36,091 bases of DNA, taken from a virus. Its lineage: Duplodnaviria; Caudoviricetes. Positions 34,153 to 36,091 of this stretch are shown here, in pieces. Positions within the stretch are counted from its first letter, which is position 1, and every line of letters begins with the position of its first letter. The stretch is taken from the IMG/VR virus record IMGVR_UViG_3300044983_000100, positions 1-36,091 of that record; one strand, 5' to 3'. The translations under genes were made by a program, and so were the position numbers. The notes below the pieces were generated by a model. That model was not told the DNA's origin. It saw only the letters and a program-made list of their open reading frames with translations, and ran no database searches.

Positions 34153-35247
34153 ATGGCTGGAGCCTTCCAGTCAAACGTCTTCCAGAACAGTGCGTTCCAA
34201 ACCGGCGGAGCAACGACTGTCCCGAAGACGCTCACCGTCGGCGTCACCTATACGACAGCCCTACAGAAACGGGCGAACAGGCTCCTAGCGGTCGCGACCG
34301 TCTACGCCGTTCCGCTCCTCAAGATCGTCGCCAAGAGCCTCGGGCTCGGCGTGACGTATTCCGTGGTCCTGGTCGCGCTCAAGGTAGTCCAGAAGGCGCT
34401 CGCGGTTTCGGCGACGTACACGGTGGCGTTGCAGAAACAAGCCAACAAGGTCCTCGTCCTCGCCGCGACGTACGCAACGGCGCTCGTTCGCAAGGCGCTG
34501 AAGAATCTGGTCGTCGGAGCGACTTACTCGCTCGCGTTCTCGAAGCTGGTGCTCAAGGCACTCCTCGTCGCGGCGACGTACACCCCAGTCCTCGTCGCCC
34601 TGAAGGTCTTCCAGAAAGCGCTGTCGGTAGGGGTCACCTACACCGTCGCGTTGACGAAGCGAGCGAGCAAGGCGTTCGCCCTCGCGGCGACCTACACCAC
34701 GGCGCTGACGAAGCTCGTCTCGAAGCCGCTCGCCCTCGCCTCGACGTATACGCCTGTCCTACGGAAGCAAGCCTCGAAGCTCCTCGTCCTCGCCGCGACC
34801 TACTCCCCGGTCCTCGCGGCGCTCAAGGTCTTCCAGAAGGCTCTGACCGTCTCGGCGACCTACACCGTGGCCCTAAGCCGGCAGACGAGCAAGGCGCTGG
34901 CCGTGGCCGTGACGTACGCCGCAACCGTAAGTAAGCGGATCTCGAAGTCGATCGTCCTCGGAGCAACCTACACGGCGTCCCTCGTTCGGACTCGAGCGAA
35001 GGCGCTGATCCTGGCCGTTTCCCACGCCGTCTCGCTCGTGACCCAGTTCATCCCCTACGGGGGGCCGTCGGCCGGCCCGGTCCGGACCCCGACGTACGCG
35101 GTCCCGGTCTCGACCGCGGACGACGTTCTCGCTCTGACCGGCGCGAACCGTGGTAACGGGGCAACCTCCGAGAACGGCGCAGGCGTACTGACCGGCGCGA
35201 ACCGAGGGAGCCCTCGGACGACGAGCAACGATGCGGAGGTGCCGTGA
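34153..35247 (+). CDS. Basic tandem-repeat protein (15 repeats of 18/20 aa)
   Basis: KxLxVxATYxxxLxK repeats; N-terminal AFQ/VFQ/AFQ motif. Confidence 0.8.
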   Translation: MAGAFQSNVFQNSAFQTGGATTVPKTLTVGVTYTTALQKRANRLLAVATVYAVPLLKIVAKSLGLGVTYSVVLVALKVVQKALAVSATYTVALQKQANKVLVLAATYATALVRKALKNLVVGATYSLAFSKLVLKALLVAATYTPVLVALKVFQKALSVGVTYTVALTKRASKAFALAATYTTALTKLVSKPLALASTYTPVLRKQASKLLVLAATYSPVLAALKVFQKALTVSATYTVALSRQTSKALAVAVTYAATVSKRISKSIVLGATYTASLVRTRAKALILAVSHAVSLVTQFIPYGGPSAGPVRTPTYAVPVSTADDVLALTGANRGNGATSENGAGVLTGANRGSPRTTSNDAEVP

Positions 35248-35426
35248 TGGCGATCCAGACGAACATGACCGTGAAGGTTCGGCGGCTCTGGGTAGCGCGG
35301 ATCGCGCTCTGGCTCCTGACCCTTCCGAGGGTCGAGGTCCACGCTGGTCGGCGCAGGATCGCCTCGAAGCCGCTTCCGTTCGCGATCTCGGCCGACAGCG
35401 TCGAGGTCGGGAAGATCGAGCCGTGA
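35247..35426 (+). CDS. Small hypothetical protein
   Basis: SD GGAGG; TGATG coupling. Confidence 0.55.
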   Translation: MAIQTNMTVKVRRLWVARIALWLLTLPRVEVHAGRRRIASKPLPFAISADSVEVGKIEP

Positions 35427-35785
35427 GCCAGACCGCCTGGGAGCGACGACCCCCCGACCACACGGTGACCCAGAACGACGTCTCGGTCCTGATCGAGGAC
35501 GTCCTCCGAGACTCGAAGGGCGTGATCGTCGACCTCACCGGCGTCACGGAGGTCCGGTACCAGGCACGCCTCCCCGGGCAGGCGATCTCGGCGGGGATAG
35601 ACCAAGCCGCGACGGTCGTGGCCCCCGCTACGGGCGGGACGGTACGCCGCACCCTCGTCGCCGGGGATACGGACACCTCCGGAGACCTGATCGAGCAGTG
35701 GAAGGTGACGTTCTCCGGCGGGCAGATAGAGCGCTTCCCCGCCCGTAAGCACAAGCTGCGGATCGTCCCGGACTCGGTGGTATGA
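35423..35785 (+). CDS. BppU-N-like (Ig-like) virion adaptor protein
   Basis: QND....L.D..G.IVDLTG, G.V......DTDTSG, WKVTFSGG..ERFP. Confidence 0.7.
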   Translation: MSQTAWERRPPDHTVTQNDVSVLIEDVLRDSKGVIVDLTGVTEVRYQARLPGQAISAGIDQAATVVAPATGGTVRRTLVAGDTDTSGDLIEQWKVTFSGGQIERFPARKHKLRIVPDSVV

Positions 35786-36054
35786 AGCCCCGGCGTAGGC
35801 AGTTCGGCAGAGGGTACGGCCCCGGCTCCCCCTCGGGTAGGTACTCCTGGTACCACCGCAAGCTGGCGAGGGAGGTAGTAGCCAACGCTGTGTGCGCCTG
35901 GGTAGATCGAGGTGGGTGCGACGGTCCCCTCGAGGCCGACCATATCCTCCCCCGGGACTGGGGTGGGCAGAGCACGAGGGAGAACCTGCGTCCCCTCTGT
36001 CGGCGGCACAACCGACAGCGCGGCGTCGAGACGAAGAAACAGAAACGGAAATGA
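35782..36054 (+). CDS. HNH endonuclease, HK97 gp74-like (packaging-associated)
   Basis: C......C...EADHILP...GG....NLRPLCRRHN; last gene before the cos-like junction. Confidence 0.88.
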   Translation: MKPRRRQFGRGYGPGSPSGRYSWYHRKLAREVVANAVCAWVDRGGCDGPLEADHILPRDWGGQSTRENLRPLCRRHNRQRGVETKKQKRK

Positions 36055-36091
36055 AAGTCGGCGTCGATTTTTTTTCAATACTGCGCTCGGC

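Noticed and set aside
35134-35206. 17-bp direct repeat CTGACCGGCGCGAACCG as a possible recombination site
   Set aside because: In-frame duplication explained by the LTGANRG peptide repeat.
1-36091. CRISPR array, DGR/reverse transcriptase, tRNA genes, IS elements, terminal direct or long inverted repeats
   Set aside because: None seen by eye; the repeats found are coding repeats or short iterons. tRNAscan/Infernal were not run.

Overview
The window looks like a complete or near-complete (~36 kb) temperate, high-GC siphovirus genome with an HK97-type head. The host is probably a monoderm such as an actinomycete (inferred from GC content, leaderless promoters, a peptidase/holin lysis module and no spanins). 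Gene order: terminase large subunit, portal, prohead protease, major capsid, head-tail genes, tail tube, tail chaperones with a -1 frameshift, tape measure, tail/fibre genes, lysis (papain-like and M15 peptidases, holin), tyrosine recombinase with repressor and cro, early/replication genes (HNH, Gp3-like, split MT-A70 methylase, ParB-like, initiator with CGCAA iterons, NinG-like, Rpf/SLT-like, EndoVII), a late promoter with a structured leader, a second fibre/decoration module and a terminal HNH. The most striking signal is the packaging system. TerL has an intact ATPase, but by motif reading it has lost all three catalytic acidic residues of its nuclease domain. No small terminase gene is recognisable. 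The two window ends nonetheless join into a pseudo-palindromic cos-like site next to an HNH gene, which suggests cos cutting may be done by the HNH. Other highlights are three candidate recoding events (AUC start or +1 shift in the protease; -1 shifts in the tail chaperone and in the methylase), a Tat-motif micropeptide and a basic 18/20-aa repeat ruler-like protein. All family calls come from reading motifs by eye; no searches were run.
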